DNA from: a virus
Taxonomy: Duplodnaviria > Caudoviricetes
Virus record (IMG/VR): IMGVR_UViG_3300037424_000993
Location: 1 to 64,000 of that record
Reading direction: 5' to 3' (one strand)
DNA length: 64,000 nucleotides
This document shows positions 34,099 to 43,921 of this stretch, one piece after another (the first letter of the stretch is position 1; the number at the start of each line of letters is the position of its first letter). Below the pieces are notes generated by a model that saw only the letters and a list, made by a program, of their open reading frames with translations, ran no database searches and was not told the origin of the DNA. Position numbers and translations under genes: made by a program.

Positions 34099-34536
34099 CT
34101 ACGAAATCGTGCCGGTGAGTTCGCCCGCTTGGAACCGCGGCTGGATGCCATTGCTCACAGCGAGCGAGGAGTCGAGCGCTCCCGCAAACAGGATGACTCC
34201 CGCGCCGGAAGCGAGCGTACCAATCGAGAAATGCGTGAGCGTTTCCGAGCCACCACTCGCCTCCGGGAACAGGTTTTCTGCCGCATTCTCGAATCCGCCA
34301 GTCCCATCGGCAGCCAGTGTCCACTGGTCCGAGTCGCGGTCTACCTGCAGGCGCGCGTAGCTCGGGTACGCGGCTTCGCTCGTCGTCTGATCTCCCGCCT
34401 CTGGATCTGCGGTGTGCAGCGCCAGGTAAAGCGATTCGAGCGGGGTTGTCGCGTCGTTTTCCGCGAGATCTGCAATTGCTGTCCCGTGCAGAAGCAGCGC
34501 CGCAACGCTGTCTGCCATGCTGTCGCCAAAGCCCAT
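34099..34536 (-). CDS. Virion/tail-associated protein
   Basis: LYLALHTADP..SEAAYPSYAR motif seen in phage tail modules. Confidence 0.65.
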   Translation of the reverse strand: MGFGDSMADSVAALLLHGTAIADLAENDATTPLESLYLALHTADPEAGDQTTSEAAYPSYARLQVDRDSDQWTLAADGTGGFENAAENLFPEASGGSETLTHFSIGTLASGAGVILFAGALDSSLAVSNGIQPRFQAGELTGTIS

Positions 34537-34551
34537 GTGAGTATCTCCTGT

Positions 34552-34839
34552 TCAACTCGGCGCGCAGACCCGTATGCGAATCGCGCGCTCGTAACTACGT
34601 CCTTCAGACGTGGTGATTCTGTTCGATGCCAAATACACGTTCTCTGGCAAACCGCCACCCAGCGTGATGGCGGTAGCCGTCGTCCCCTGATCGGTGGCGA
34701 CCTCGGTGATCCCAGAGTCCACGACCCACTCCGATGTCACGATCGTCTCATCCGCTTCAAGCAGTCGAGAGTACGAAATCGGATAGTCCAGCTCTTCCCA
34801 GGGCGTCTTGACGAATGTCTTGATGACTTTGCAGCTCAT
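34552..34839 (-). CDS. Tail-fibre adaptor-like protein
   Basis: KTPWEELDY..W, GG..Y..NRITTSEGRSYER pattern. Confidence 0.6.
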   Translation of the reverse strand: MSCKVIKTFVKTPWEELDYPISYSRLLEADETIVTSEWVVDSGITEVATDQGTTATAITLGGGLPENVYLASNRITTSEGRSYERAIRIRVCAPS

Positions 34840-36644
34840 GCGCTCGCCGCTCTCGATTCTGGTGGGGTAACCGCAACTCTCGACTCGCTTGGCACAGCCG
34901 CAAGGCGCGACTCTGGCGCTGCTATTGACACGCGCGGGTGTCCCGCTTCGATCTGATAGCTGCCGGGATTGAGCGTGCCGCTGAGCGTTGCGGAGCAAGC
35001 GGCCGTGCCGGACATGTTGCCGTGGGCCGTCAGTGTGCCGGTAAGAGTGCACGAGGCATCCACCGTGCCGACCATGCGGCCCTGTGCTGCGCCGTCGTCA
35101 AGCGTGCCGCTCAGGGTAGCGGAACAGCTAATAGCGCCGGACAGGTTCGCATAGGCCGTCAACTCGCCAGCCACGGAGCAAGCGACCGCGGTGGAGCCTG
35201 AGAGATTACCGAGGGCCGTGAGAGAGGCGCTCACTGCTTGCTGGGCCGCTATCGCTCCGCTGAGGCGACCGAGCGCAGCCAGTGTGCCTGTGAGCGTCGC
35301 TCCCGCTACAACGGCGCCGGTCATGGCCCCAGGGGCAGCGTTGGCATCGTCGAGGCTGCCGGCGAGGGTAGCCCCAGCATCGACCGCTCCGCTCAGGTTT
35401 CCGAGCGCGGTAAGGCTGCCCGTTAGCGTCGCTGAGCATTGGGCGGCGCCTTCGAGGCGACCGACAGCGCTGAGCGTGCCCGATGCGGTGCACTCCGCGG
35501 CCGTGGTGCCCGTGAGATTGCCGTAGGCCGTTAGAGCGCCAGCTAGCTCCGCCTGGGCCTGCGCAGCGCCAGCTAGAGAGCCCAGCGCCGTCAGATCGCC
35601 CTGAACTGTGGCCTGCGCAGGCGCAGTGCCCGTGAGCGACCCAAGCGCGGTAAGTGACCCCTGGACCGAGGCAGACGCGGCGACGGCGCCTGACATGTTG
35701 CCGTGCGCCGTGAGGGTAGCCGCTAGAGTCGCTTGACAGCTCGCGGCACCCGACAGGTTGCCGAATGCTGTTAATTCGCCAGCGATGCTCGCTGAGCATG
35801 CCGCAATGCCGCTCAGCCCGCCTAGCGCCGTGAGCGTGCCCGTCGCCGCGCATTGCGCCGACACCTGACCCGAGATGTTGCCCAGACCCGAGAGTGTGCC
35901 GGAGAGCGTTGCGGCCGCGGCAACGGTGCCCGCCATGTCGCCGCCGCTTGCGGCCTCCTCAAAATCCGGATCATCCGCAGCGTCGAGAGTGATGCTGCCA
36001 CTCCCAAACACCGTCAAGTCGGCCGCTGACGAGGAGCCGTCGACGCCGATATCCGTGTTGCTCAGGCAGTCATTGTAGAAGCCGGCGAGATCAAACCCTT
36101 GCTCACGATAGTCGCACGCCGCCTGAATGTTCGCGCGCGCCTCCGCAAGGTCTGCAGCACCTCCCGGGCGCGCAGAAAACCCTAGCTCGATAACGCCATA
36201 ACGGTGTCCGCCGCGGGCCGCGAACGGTAACCCAGCGACGTAACCCACGAGACCAACTATCGCTGGAGTGAATGAAATCGCAGCAAGAGACGACGGGGTA
36301 TTCCACGAGCCGCCAACCTCGCGCCAACCCACGTGCACGCCGGAACTGTCGGAGATGATGTAAACGTCATGCCACGTCGCAGGGCTGCCCCCAAACAGCA
36401 CGACCTCTGTATCAACTCCAGAGGTGTTATTGCGCAACGTGAGCCCCGCCGAGCCATAAAGGAACAGCGCCTCCGAGTCCGTTTCGTCTGTCACATCGGC
36501 GATAGCGAACGGCCGTAAATAGAAGCGGTAGTCGTCAGAGCGCCACCGCATGCGGAAGAACCAGTTTTGGATCGACGGCAAACTTGCCGTGCGGCTCATG
36601 CCAACTTGCGCACCAAAACCGCAATTGAAGTCGACGCAAGTCAC
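34836..36644 (-). CDS. Virion protein: lectin-like N-terminus plus sixteen 20-aa repeats
   Basis: Consensus GNLSGAxxxxATLxGxLTAx repeated. Confidence 0.7.
   Translation of the reverse strand: MTCVDFNCGFGAQVGMSRTASLPSIQNWFFRMRWRSDDYRFYLRPFAIADVTDETDSEALFLYGSAGLTLRNNTSGVDTEVVLFGGSPATWHDVYIISDSSGVHVGWREVGGSWNTPSSLAAISFTPAIVGLVGYVAGLPFAARGGHRYGVIELGFSARPGGAADLAEARANIQAACDYREQGFDLAGFYNDCLSNTDIGVDGSSSAADLTVFGSGSITLDAADDPDFEEAASGGDMAGTVAAAATLSGTLSGLGNISGQVSAQCAATGTLTALGGLSGIAACSASIAGELTAFGNLSGAASCQATLAATLTAHGNMSGAVAASASVQGSLTALGSLTGTAPAQATVQGDLTALGSLAGAAQAQAELAGALTAYGNLTGTTAAECTASGTLSAVGRLEGAAQCSATLTGSLTALGNLSGAVDAGATLAGSLDDANAAPGAMTGAVVAGATLTGTLAALGRLSGAIAAQQAVSASLTALGNLSGSTAVACSVAGELTAYANLSGAISCSATLSGTLDDGAAQGRMVGTVDASCTLTGTLTAHGNMSGTAACSATLSGTLNPGSYQIEAGHPRVSIAAPESRLAAVPSESRVAVTPPESRAASA
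34960..35943 (-). repeat. Degenerate 60-bp (20-aa) coding tandem repeat, 16 units
   Basis: Counted in the translation; two short interruptions (NAAP, AAQ). Confidence 0.8.
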
Positions 36645-37126
36645 CGAACTGGAGCCTCAGCACCTGCCTGAGCAGCGCTCCGCAGTAGTACCGGCGGCAA
36701 CAGCGCATCACCGGCCGGGTTGAGTCTGTGTCGCCATGTCTCTTCGTCGTCGGTGCTCGTTATTACGGTCGCGTCCCACGCTTCGCCGGCAGGAGCTATC
36801 GCAATCTTCATCAGCTGGTGCGAAGCGGTATCTGCCCATGCCAGTATCAGCGCTCGTGCGGCGGCGAATCTATCAACCACGTCGCTGGGTCGGAGTGGTC
36901 CAGCCGCGATGGCGTATTCCTGCGCCGTGCCGGGGAATCCAACGAACACCTTCGTTTCGCGCTGGCGTACCTCGGTGCCTCCGGAGGGCGCCTCGACGAC
37001 GCGCACGGTACGGAATTCGGCCACGTCCTGCAGTACTACCTCGGCTCGTATGCGGGAGTGTTCTGCCGCAAACACGCCGTTGTCTGGATCGTGAACGGCT
37101 GAAATGAGCTCTGCAAAAGTTGCCAT
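36641..37126 (-). CDS. Hypothetical protein
   Basis: Late operon; GGAG RBS. Confidence 0.6.
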   Translation of the reverse strand: MATFAELISAVHDPDNGVFAAEHSRIRAEVVLQDVAEFRTVRVVEAPSGGTEVRQRETKVFVGFPGTAQEYAIAAGPLRPSDVVDRFAAARALILAWADTASHQLMKIAIAPAGEAWDATVITSTDDEETWRHRLNPAGDALLPPVLLRSAAQAGAEAPVR

Positions 37127-37128
37127 GT

Positions 37129-37773
37129 TTACTCCACCGGCAGCATCGGTACGCGCGGCCTAGCGCATTGAATCACCTTCTCAGTCACCCACGGGTTGCG
37201 GCACCCGGAGATGTAGCGCGCCAGCGCATCGGAGAGCATGTAGAGCGATGGCGTCGCAATCATGAGAGGTTCAGATTCAGCGCCCCAAAACCTCGCCCAG
37301 TCAGAAGCCCCCTCGCGCACTCCGGAGCGCCAGCGGCACGGGCACTTGTCCCAATCGCGATCGATGCCCTTGTTTTTGCAGCCGGCAACCGGAGCCGAGA
37401 CTTTGAGCAGCTGCTGCTTGCCGTCACACGCCATCTCCCACGGTCCGATAATGACGACCATGCGGCGAGGGTCCGGGTACTCAATGCGCCCGCACTCGCC
37501 CACGCCGTCGGGAAACAGGTCGCGAAGGCATTGCTGCGTCGACTCGACAACAAAGTCCAGCTTGGCCTCGTCCAGACTCTGCCGCGCATGGTAGCGCACT
37601 CCGCCCGGCGTAGTCCTGAGGGTCCTGAGGGTCCCGTAGCTCTCAGGGAAGTCGCCGCTGTACGCCAGAGCGGTGCGCTCTGCTCGTGTGCGGGCGCAGC
37701 TGAGCGCCAGCAATGCAATGGCGAGCCCGATCCACCTGAGACGGCGGCGCACCCAGTATCGGAGGCGCCTCAT
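37129..37773 (-). CDS. Putative lipoprotein
   Basis: Arg-rich N-terminus, hydrophobic stretch, LALSC lipobox. Confidence 0.6.
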   Translation of the reverse strand: MRRLRYWVRRRLRWIGLAIALLALSCARTRAERTALAYSGDFPESYGTLRTLRTTPGGVRYHARQSLDEAKLDFVVESTQQCLRDLFPDGVGECGRIEYPDPRRMVVIIGPWEMACDGKQQLLKVSAPVAGCKNKGIDRDWDKCPCRWRSGVREGASDWARFWGAESEPLMIATPSLYMLSDALARYISGCRNPWVTEKVIQCARPRVPMLPVE

Positions 37774-38168
37774 GACCGCCCCGCAACGCCGTCAGTAGTC
37801 TCGCGCCCCAACCCTAGCGGCGCGGGCCCACCCATCTCGACTGCCTGACCGATCAGCACAGCGAGCGCAGCACGCTCTTGACCCGTTAGCCGCTGCTCGC
37901 CCTGGGGTCGTCCCGCGTCTATAGGGATTTCCGATTCGAAATCGGTAACGTCAATTTCGAAGCTGGTGCCACCAATCGACACCACGTCAACGTGAAACGC
38001 TGTCCAGCCGGGCTTGGTTTCGCCAAATGCCGGGGGTGTGCTGAGGTCAACGTTGTGCACTCCTTGGCCGTAATTGGTCCCTGCCGCCGGGTAGCCCAAT
38101 ATGCGGGCTCCAAGGTCGCGCGCTGTTATGCAGTCGTCAGCAGTACTGGATGTGAGTATCTTTGCCAT
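37770..38168 (-). CDS. Hypothetical protein
   Basis: Coupled ORF in the tail module. Confidence 0.55.
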   Translation of the reverse strand: MAKILTSSTADDCITARDLGARILGYPAAGTNYGQGVHNVDLSTPPAFGETKPGWTAFHVDVVSIGGTSFEIDVTDFESEIPIDAGRPQGEQRLTGQERAALAVLIGQAVEMGGPAPLGLGRETTDGVAGRS

Positions 38169-40948
38169 TACGCAGTTAGCCCGAAGGTTGCCTCAAGGTC
38201 GGCGATGACAGCGGCATGGTCGGGCGCTCCAAGCCGAGTGTTGTAGATGATCATTTCCGCTAACTGCCCAGTAAAGGCCAGGTCGGTCCCCGCGTCAGCA
38301 TTGTCCCCTATCGTCAGGGTGTTCGCCGGATCGCTCGTCCCATACGCTACCCCGTCCGCCGCTTCGTCTTCGCCATTACAGCGCGCAACGACGTGATTCG
38401 GCGAACCGCCATCGGAAAACAACATGCTACTAATCACGGATGTAGCATCAGGAACAGAGCCGGCAGATGTTTCGATGTCTACCTCTGCGGCGCCGCCCTC
38501 ATCCCTAATGAGCCAACGGCAATTGCCGCCGCTCTCACTAATGATCGACAACCCTCGCGCGCCAGCGGTGCCCGTTGAGAGTATGCGGGAGAAACTTGCC
38601 GAGTCCCCATCGGAACGAAACACGAGGAAGACTGTGCACCCGGAACCATCATGAAGAAACGTCCACTCGCTAGCCGCGTCGTCGCTGACTAGTTTCTGAC
38701 GCGCTGAACCGGTAAAGTCGACGGAATCTAGGCCGTTAAAGTTTGCATCATCCTCTATGAGGAGTGGTTGGTTAGGCGCGCTGGCCTGAGAAAATGTCCT
38801 ATTGGTTGAATCCTGTGAGGTCCATGTAGTAACGGCGCTGCCGTCGAGCGTGTAGCCAAACCCTGCCCGAAGCCACGTGTGAAGTCCGGTGGTTGGAATG
38901 TTGCGGGCAGCACCACTCGCAGCCGGACCCACTCCCCCCAGCGTAAACCCCATTTTGAGCGACATCATACCGAGCATTCTCCTGCGTTGTGCGCGCTCGA
39001 CGAGCTGGCGCTGATAAGTGGTTGGGGCGGAGTCGTAGACAGCTAGCTCGATGCCTGCAAAATCACCCTCTGTAGAACCTGGGATCGACCAGAAAAAGTT
39101 GTCGGTCGTGAGAGACCGGTTTGAGGTGGTGTCGAGGTCCGCCACACCGTCAATCCAGGTCAAAATGTCAACGCCGTCAGTCGTGACGTAGCTGTGGGTG
39201 TGGGGGCGCACGTCGGCGGAAGCCCCCGCAAAGTTATCGGTCGCGCCGCCATTGTCGCGCCTCAGAAAGCGCCATCTGCTAGCGGCTTGGTCAACGCCCT
39301 CGAACGAGCCGCCGCCCGCTCCCCACAGTTGCCACAGCCACGACGCATTTCCGCTAGTGTTGAGCTCCGACATGAGCGAGGTGGCAATCACACAGCGCGC
39401 AACCTGTCCCGTCAGAGCAGCGCCCACCGCGGGGCACTCGAAGTATTGACCCGTGCTCTCGTGCAGAACACACGGCGTCCCGCGGAATGCCGTGCTCTCA
39501 GCGACGTATCCCGGATCTGTTGAAACAACGTCGATGTCTTGTTGCTCAGGGCTGAGGTCCTGCAGAGCGGTCACGGCGCCGCCGCTCTCGGTGACGCCGT
39601 CGTCGTAGCGGGTCCAAAGGATGTTGCCGGGGATGGAGCCGCTGGTAGCGTTCTGAGCTTCGAACTCTTCGATGGCTCGCTCGTCCTCGTCGTCCGTGAG
39701 TCGCGCCTCATAAATCGCGATGTCCGCGATGTAGCCGTCGAAGCCCGTGCCAATCGTCAGGGTCTGCTCTGGGTCTCCGGAGGCGCTTGAGTAGTCGACG
39801 TTGGCAACGGACAGCGTTTCGCCGCCCACTGTGCCGACGAAGTCCGCGGTCCCATTGTCCTGGAATCGCAGGCTCGTGCAGTACAGCGTTGAGTTGGGAA
39901 GCGTCCCGTTTGCCGTCACCTCCAGCACGATCGAGGCTGCCACGGTATCCTCGAGCACGACCACGCCATGAGCGTTCGTCGCGTCGTACAAGAACACGAA
40001 GCCCGTGTCCCCGCCGTCTGTGCGCGTACCTAGGATGGTTTCGTTCCCGCTGCCGCCCGTTGTGGGAAGCCACGCAAACTCGATGGTCGCCCCGGAGCCA
40101 TCATGGAGAAACTCCCATGTGCTAGCAGCGTCGTCGCTCACTAGCTCCTGGCTGCCAGAGAATCGGAGAACGCGGCGCCCGTTGCAGGCGCGCACTCCCA
40201 TCGGGCGCGCGTAGGGCTGATTCGCTGGAGTTTCCTGAGAGAACGTGCGTCCTGTGCGGCGGCAGGTCCACTTGGCGACCTTGCCGTTGAGCACTTGAGC
40301 CTCGGCGAGGTATACGACATTTCCAACGCCGTTCAGGACAGTGCCGCCGTTGCTGTCAACCAGCTGGATTCGAATCGTGCGAGACGCCGCCGCTGGCAAC
40401 TCGAACTCGCAGATCGAATACCCATTGTGCTGACCCTCGGCGCCGCCGCCTGAGCCAATGCTCCCTGCCACGAGGTCCGGAGGCGGGTACGTGACGCGCG
40501 CCTCGATCACGTCCGACCCAACATCACCCAGGACCGCGGCCGTATCGGTAGACTGCGCCTCGATCCAGACGTCCGTGTCAGCGTCGTTCGGATCGAATAT
40601 TCGTACCCACTGCGTACTGGCCGCCTTAACGATCACGCGAAATGTGCACGGTAGCGCACTGTCCACATTCGCTACGGCGCTCTCGATGTAGACGTCGGAG
40701 CTGTTCGTGACTGAAGCGCTCTCGTTGAGCTGCAATGGGTCGTTGCCATCGTACTTGTGCACGCTCACTGGCTCGGCGAGCGCATCAGTGCCCTCGGTCC
40801 AATCGGTGCCAGCGCCGGCAATCAACGCCTCCACCGTCGGATCGTTGAACGTGTAGTACTGCTCGTGAACAAAGATGTCCGTATGCAACGCACGGTAGGG
40901 GAGCAGCCGATTCACCGCGGGCTGGTAGAGCCCGATCAGCGCGCTCAT
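38168..40948 (-). CDS. Large receptor-binding/tail protein with repeated LamG/concanavalin-like domains
   Basis: Duplicated LVSDDAASxWxFLHDGSG segment; F.G.IA(D/E)..IY..RL domain endings. Confidence 0.7.
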   Translation of the reverse strand: MSALIGLYQPAVNRLLPYRALHTDIFVHEQYYTFNDPTVEALIAGAGTDWTEGTDALAEPVSVHKYDGNDPLQLNESASVTNSSDVYIESAVANVDSALPCTFRVIVKAASTQWVRIFDPNDADTDVWIEAQSTDTAAVLGDVGSDVIEARVTYPPPDLVAGSIGSGGGAEGQHNGYSICEFELPAAASRTIRIQLVDSNGGTVLNGVGNVVYLAEAQVLNGKVAKWTCRRTGRTFSQETPANQPYARPMGVRACNGRRVLRFSGSQELVSDDAASTWEFLHDGSGATIEFAWLPTTGGSGNETILGTRTDGGDTGFVFLYDATNAHGVVVLEDTVAASIVLEVTANGTLPNSTLYCTSLRFQDNGTADFVGTVGGETLSVANVDYSSASGDPEQTLTIGTGFDGYIADIAIYEARLTDDEDERAIEEFEAQNATSGSIPGNILWTRYDDGVTESGGAVTALQDLSPEQQDIDVVSTDPGYVAESTAFRGTPCVLHESTGQYFECPAVGAALTGQVARCVIATSLMSELNTSGNASWLWQLWGAGGGSFEGVDQAASRWRFLRRDNGGATDNFAGASADVRPHTHSYVTTDGVDILTWIDGVADLDTTSNRSLTTDNFFWSIPGSTEGDFAGIELAVYDSAPTTYQRQLVERAQRRRMLGMMSLKMGFTLGGVGPAASGAARNIPTTGLHTWLRAGFGYTLDGSAVTTWTSQDSTNRTFSQASAPNQPLLIEDDANFNGLDSVDFTGSARQKLVSDDAASEWTFLHDGSGCTVFLVFRSDGDSASFSRILSTGTAGARGLSIISESGGNCRWLIRDEGGAAEVDIETSAGSVPDATSVISSMLFSDGGSPNHVVARCNGEDEAADGVAYGTSDPANTLTIGDNADAGTDLAFTGQLAEMIIYNTRLGAPDHAAVIADLEATFGLTA

Positions 40949-41343
40949 GCTCGAACCCCGTAGACCCACCCATCGCGCTCATACTCACGAGCGAACCCGC
41001 GCTCAGCGTAGCGATGCCATCGCTCGGGTTTCACCGAGGTCTTGATTGGCTTACCTATCAGACTGGCGAACGCATCCCGCGTAGCTCCGAGCTCTGCGAA
41101 CACACCCGCACCGCGATACGCCGGCCTCACATAGGCGCAATCGTACCAGACGGCCGCGCCTCGGTCGCTCAGTGAGCAGAACCCCAGCACCTCTCGCCCT
41201 CCACCATTGATCGCGACGAACCACACCGAGCCCGGCTGACTGAAGAGTGGCCCGCCCACGTCCCGAACCACCTGACGCGAGCAAAAGAACTCGCCGATGC
41301 TGCGCCAGGGCTGTTGAGCGTGCGCGATGGTATCGATGATCAT
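40945..41343 (-). CDS. GNAT family acetyltransferase
   Basis: YVRPAYRGAGV (motif A); YAERGF. Confidence 0.75.
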   Translation of the reverse strand: MIIDTIAHAQQPWRSIGEFFCSRQVVRDVGGPLFSQPGSVWFVAINGGGREVLGFCSLSDRGAAVWYDCAYVRPAYRGAGVFAELGATRDAFASLIGKPIKTSVKPERWHRYAERGFAREYERDGWVYGVRA

Positions 41344-43046
41344 GCGTCTACCGTGACGACGGTTCGCCGCTCAACCTTGACCGACCACCGAACTTTGCGA
41401 TCAGAGGCTTTGCCGCCAACCGTAGGCTGACAGGTGATGTATTGATTACCAGTGTCCTCAGCAAACTGCATGTCCAGCCCGCTCGTGGTAGCGGCGCCAG
41501 AGCTCAACACCTCGCCAAGCTCCACGTCTTCGCCGGAACGACGGCGGGCGGGAACCAAATATTTCCCATTCTCGTCAATGCTTCCGTCGTTGGTTTCCAC
41601 GGTAACGTGGAACTCGTAAGTGAACCCTTCCGACAGCGCGACTGCGTTACCCGCCTTGTCGCGAAGCAGCGAACTCGCCGCTGGTGAATCCGCGGTGTCG
41701 ACCTCGACGCTGAACGAGTCGACTGTTTCAGCCTGCGCGTATTGAGTCGTGTGGCGGATTCGGCTAACGGCTGTGCCTTCGCGCTCGACCTCCTCATAGG
41801 TTGCCCCAGCGCCGTCCGCGTCGGTTCTTGTGCGGCGCGTGAGCACGTCGCCGGTGGCCGTCTCGTCCCAGAGCTTTTCGTTCGTGCCAGCGCCGGACTC
41901 GAAGTGTTCGAGCGGCGCATCCGTGAGCCTCAGGTCTTGACTGACTTCAACTTGCGCTGAGGTGACGGATACAACGACTGCACCGCCTGCGAGGATATCG
42001 ACGTTCGTTAGCGCTCTGACAGTAGCCGTCGGGACGGTCGAACCTCCCCACTCGGCAGTGTCTGTGCCAGCCGCGCCCCACGAAAAGAAACGGTGATTCG
42101 CGTTGTCAGCGTTGTTCCTGCCGTTCCCGCTGTGGTTGTGAGGCACGCGGTAGTTGCCGGTTGTCGCGACAACACCGAAAAACGCTAGCGATGAAAACCC
42201 AGCTATCGACGTCCAACCCGACACGTTGCCCGAGTCGTCCTCGGTTGCCGAGGACATCTGCGTAGCGCGGCCACTAGTGCCGTCGAATCGTACTAGGCGG
42301 TTGTCGGCAACGGCTCCGGGGGCGAGGGTGTACTGGGTGTGAGGATCGCCTGTTGTGAGACCGGTAAGCGAGTTGTGTGCGTGGTTGTGGCTGGTATCCG
42401 ACTTGTTGCCCAGAGCCGCGTCTACCCCGATAAAGTGCCCACCAATCGTGCTCGAATCCGGCGTGTAGTTGGTGGGGCTAGCGGCGTAGGCGAGGTTGCC
42501 GCCGTCGAGTGCGTCTCCACCGCCGTCTTCGTGAGTGGAGGCGTGGGCGTTCGGATCGCGCGGGTCGCCTGAATCGTCGAGCGTTGCGTCAGTAACGATT
42601 GCGTTCAGTTCGGCAAGCGTGGAGAAGGAGGTGCCGGCAGGCAGATTGCCGATCTCGGTGTACTTCTTGCTGTCGCCGTCTTCGCTGTCCTCGATCAGCA
42701 CCTTGTCGGCGCTGACTGGCGCTGCCTTCTCGGCGATTGCGGCGATTTCGCCAGCTACGTTGTCGTGGATGGCGTCGGTGTCCGATCCCGCACCGCCGCC
42801 GACCGTGATCCAAGACGACCCGTCCCAGATCGACAGCACCCCCGTGTCGGTAGCGAAGTAGGTGTCGAAGACGATCGTACTCGACGCAGGTCTAGCTGCG
42901 GCTAGCCCGTAGTTTTTCCACAGCGTTGACGCGACGATATCGATCAGTGCCTGACCAACGCGCGCGGCCGTGTTCGCGCCAGCGCTGGTCTCATCATGGA
43001 TAACGTCGGCAGCTGCGTCCGCTGTTGGTCGTGATACTTCAGCCAT
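41340..43046 (-). CDS. Tail fibre protein
   Basis: HASTH, HNH, GDPHTQY fibre-type motifs; follows the baseplate gene. Confidence 0.7.
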   Translation of the reverse strand: MAEVSRPTADAAADVIHDETSAGANTAARVGQALIDIVASTLWKNYGLAAARPASSTIVFDTYFATDTGVLSIWDGSSWITVGGGAGSDTDAIHDNVAGEIAAIAEKAAPVSADKVLIEDSEDGDSKKYTEIGNLPAGTSFSTLAELNAIVTDATLDDSGDPRDPNAHASTHEDGGGDALDGGNLAYAASPTNYTPDSSTIGGHFIGVDAALGNKSDTSHNHAHNSLTGLTTGDPHTQYTLAPGAVADNRLVRFDGTSGRATQMSSATEDDSGNVSGWTSIAGFSSLAFFGVVATTGNYRVPHNHSGNGRNNADNANHRFFSWGAAGTDTAEWGGSTVPTATVRALTNVDILAGGAVVVSVTSAQVEVSQDLRLTDAPLEHFESGAGTNEKLWDETATGDVLTRRTRTDADGAGATYEEVEREGTAVSRIRHTTQYAQAETVDSFSVEVDTADSPAASSLLRDKAGNAVALSEGFTYEFHVTVETNDGSIDENGKYLVPARRRSGEDVELGEVLSSGAATTSGLDMQFAEDTGNQYITCQPTVGGKASDRKVRWSVKVERRTVVTVDA

Positions 43047-43049
43047 CTG

Positions 43050-43856
43050 TTACTCGAACTCCACACTGAACGTGTCGTCGAACACGCCAAGGTCTTGCGT
43101 GTATGTGATCATCGTAACGAGCCATTGTTGCTGCGGGGACAGCTTCAGGATAAGTCGCTCAAACCGTGCACGCTGAGACTCGTTAAGCGTCGCGTCGTCC
43201 CCAAACGTTTCGGCGCCGAAGTAGAGAAAGTACGGCCACGTATCTGGGTCCTCAGGAATCGGTGGCGGCGCCACATCTCTCAGAGTCTTGTTGACGAGGT
43301 ACCGCGGATCGTTCGCAAGGAAACGGTTGCACTGTGGCTGGTTGTAAGCGGTCCCGAATTCATCCGCTCCGTATGGGGAACACTGTGGCTGATCGGGTAG
43401 CGCGTCTCCCGCCGCAAATGGCGGTCCCGACGTGTAGCCAGTACATTGGTAGGTGCCAACGGTTGGAATGTCTGTGTAGTCTCTTGGGTCGCGTGCAGTG
43501 ACCGGCGATAGCGACGACCACCACTCGTGCACGTATATATTTGTGAACCCAGCAGCATCCAGGACGCTCTTGATGTACGCGGGCGACTGCCCGCCCGTGG
43601 CTGCCCATTCACCCGCGAGCGCTAGCTGGCGCGTAGCAATATCGCCGTAGTCCTCAATGCCAAACTGACGCTCCCACTCTGCAAGCTCTCTGGTTGTGGA
43701 TGGGAATGCATCTTCCCAGATCTGATCGAGGTACAGGCGGATGGTCGCGGGCTGGAGCGCCAAGCCAGAAATGAACCGCCGCAGTGTCTTGTCGACGGTG
43801 ACACGCCAAGCTTTCGAGCGTGGGAGCAGATGTGTAATAGCACGGAAAAACAGCAT
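43050..43856 (-). CDS. Baseplate wedge protein (Mu gp48/DUF2313-like)
   Basis: LLPRSKAW, LAEWERQFG, GGQSPAY, LILKLSP. Confidence 0.75.
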   Translation of the reverse strand: MLFFRAITHLLPRSKAWRVTVDKTLRRFISGLALQPATIRLYLDQIWEDAFPSTTRELAEWERQFGIEDYGDIATRQLALAGEWAATGGQSPAYIKSVLDAAGFTNIYVHEWWSSLSPVTARDPRDYTDIPTVGTYQCTGYTSGPPFAAGDALPDQPQCSPYGADEFGTAYNQPQCNRFLANDPRYLVNKTLRDVAPPPIPEDPDTWPYFLYFGAETFGDDATLNESQRARFERLILKLSPQQQWLVTMITYTQDLGVFDDTFSVEFE

Positions 43857-43921
43857 GTTTTTGGTTTGAACAGGGGTTCAGCTTGACTTGCTTGTAAAGC
43901 GCAGCCGATCTTGGAGAGATT

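Noticed and set aside
33293-34555. 420-aa ORF from the track
   Set aside because: The 5' part overlaps the 34099-34536 gene; the RBS supports ATG 33988.
38168-43046. Diversity-generating retroelement acting on tail fibres
   Set aside because: No reverse transcriptase in the window; the duplicated segments differ at all base types, not only adenines.
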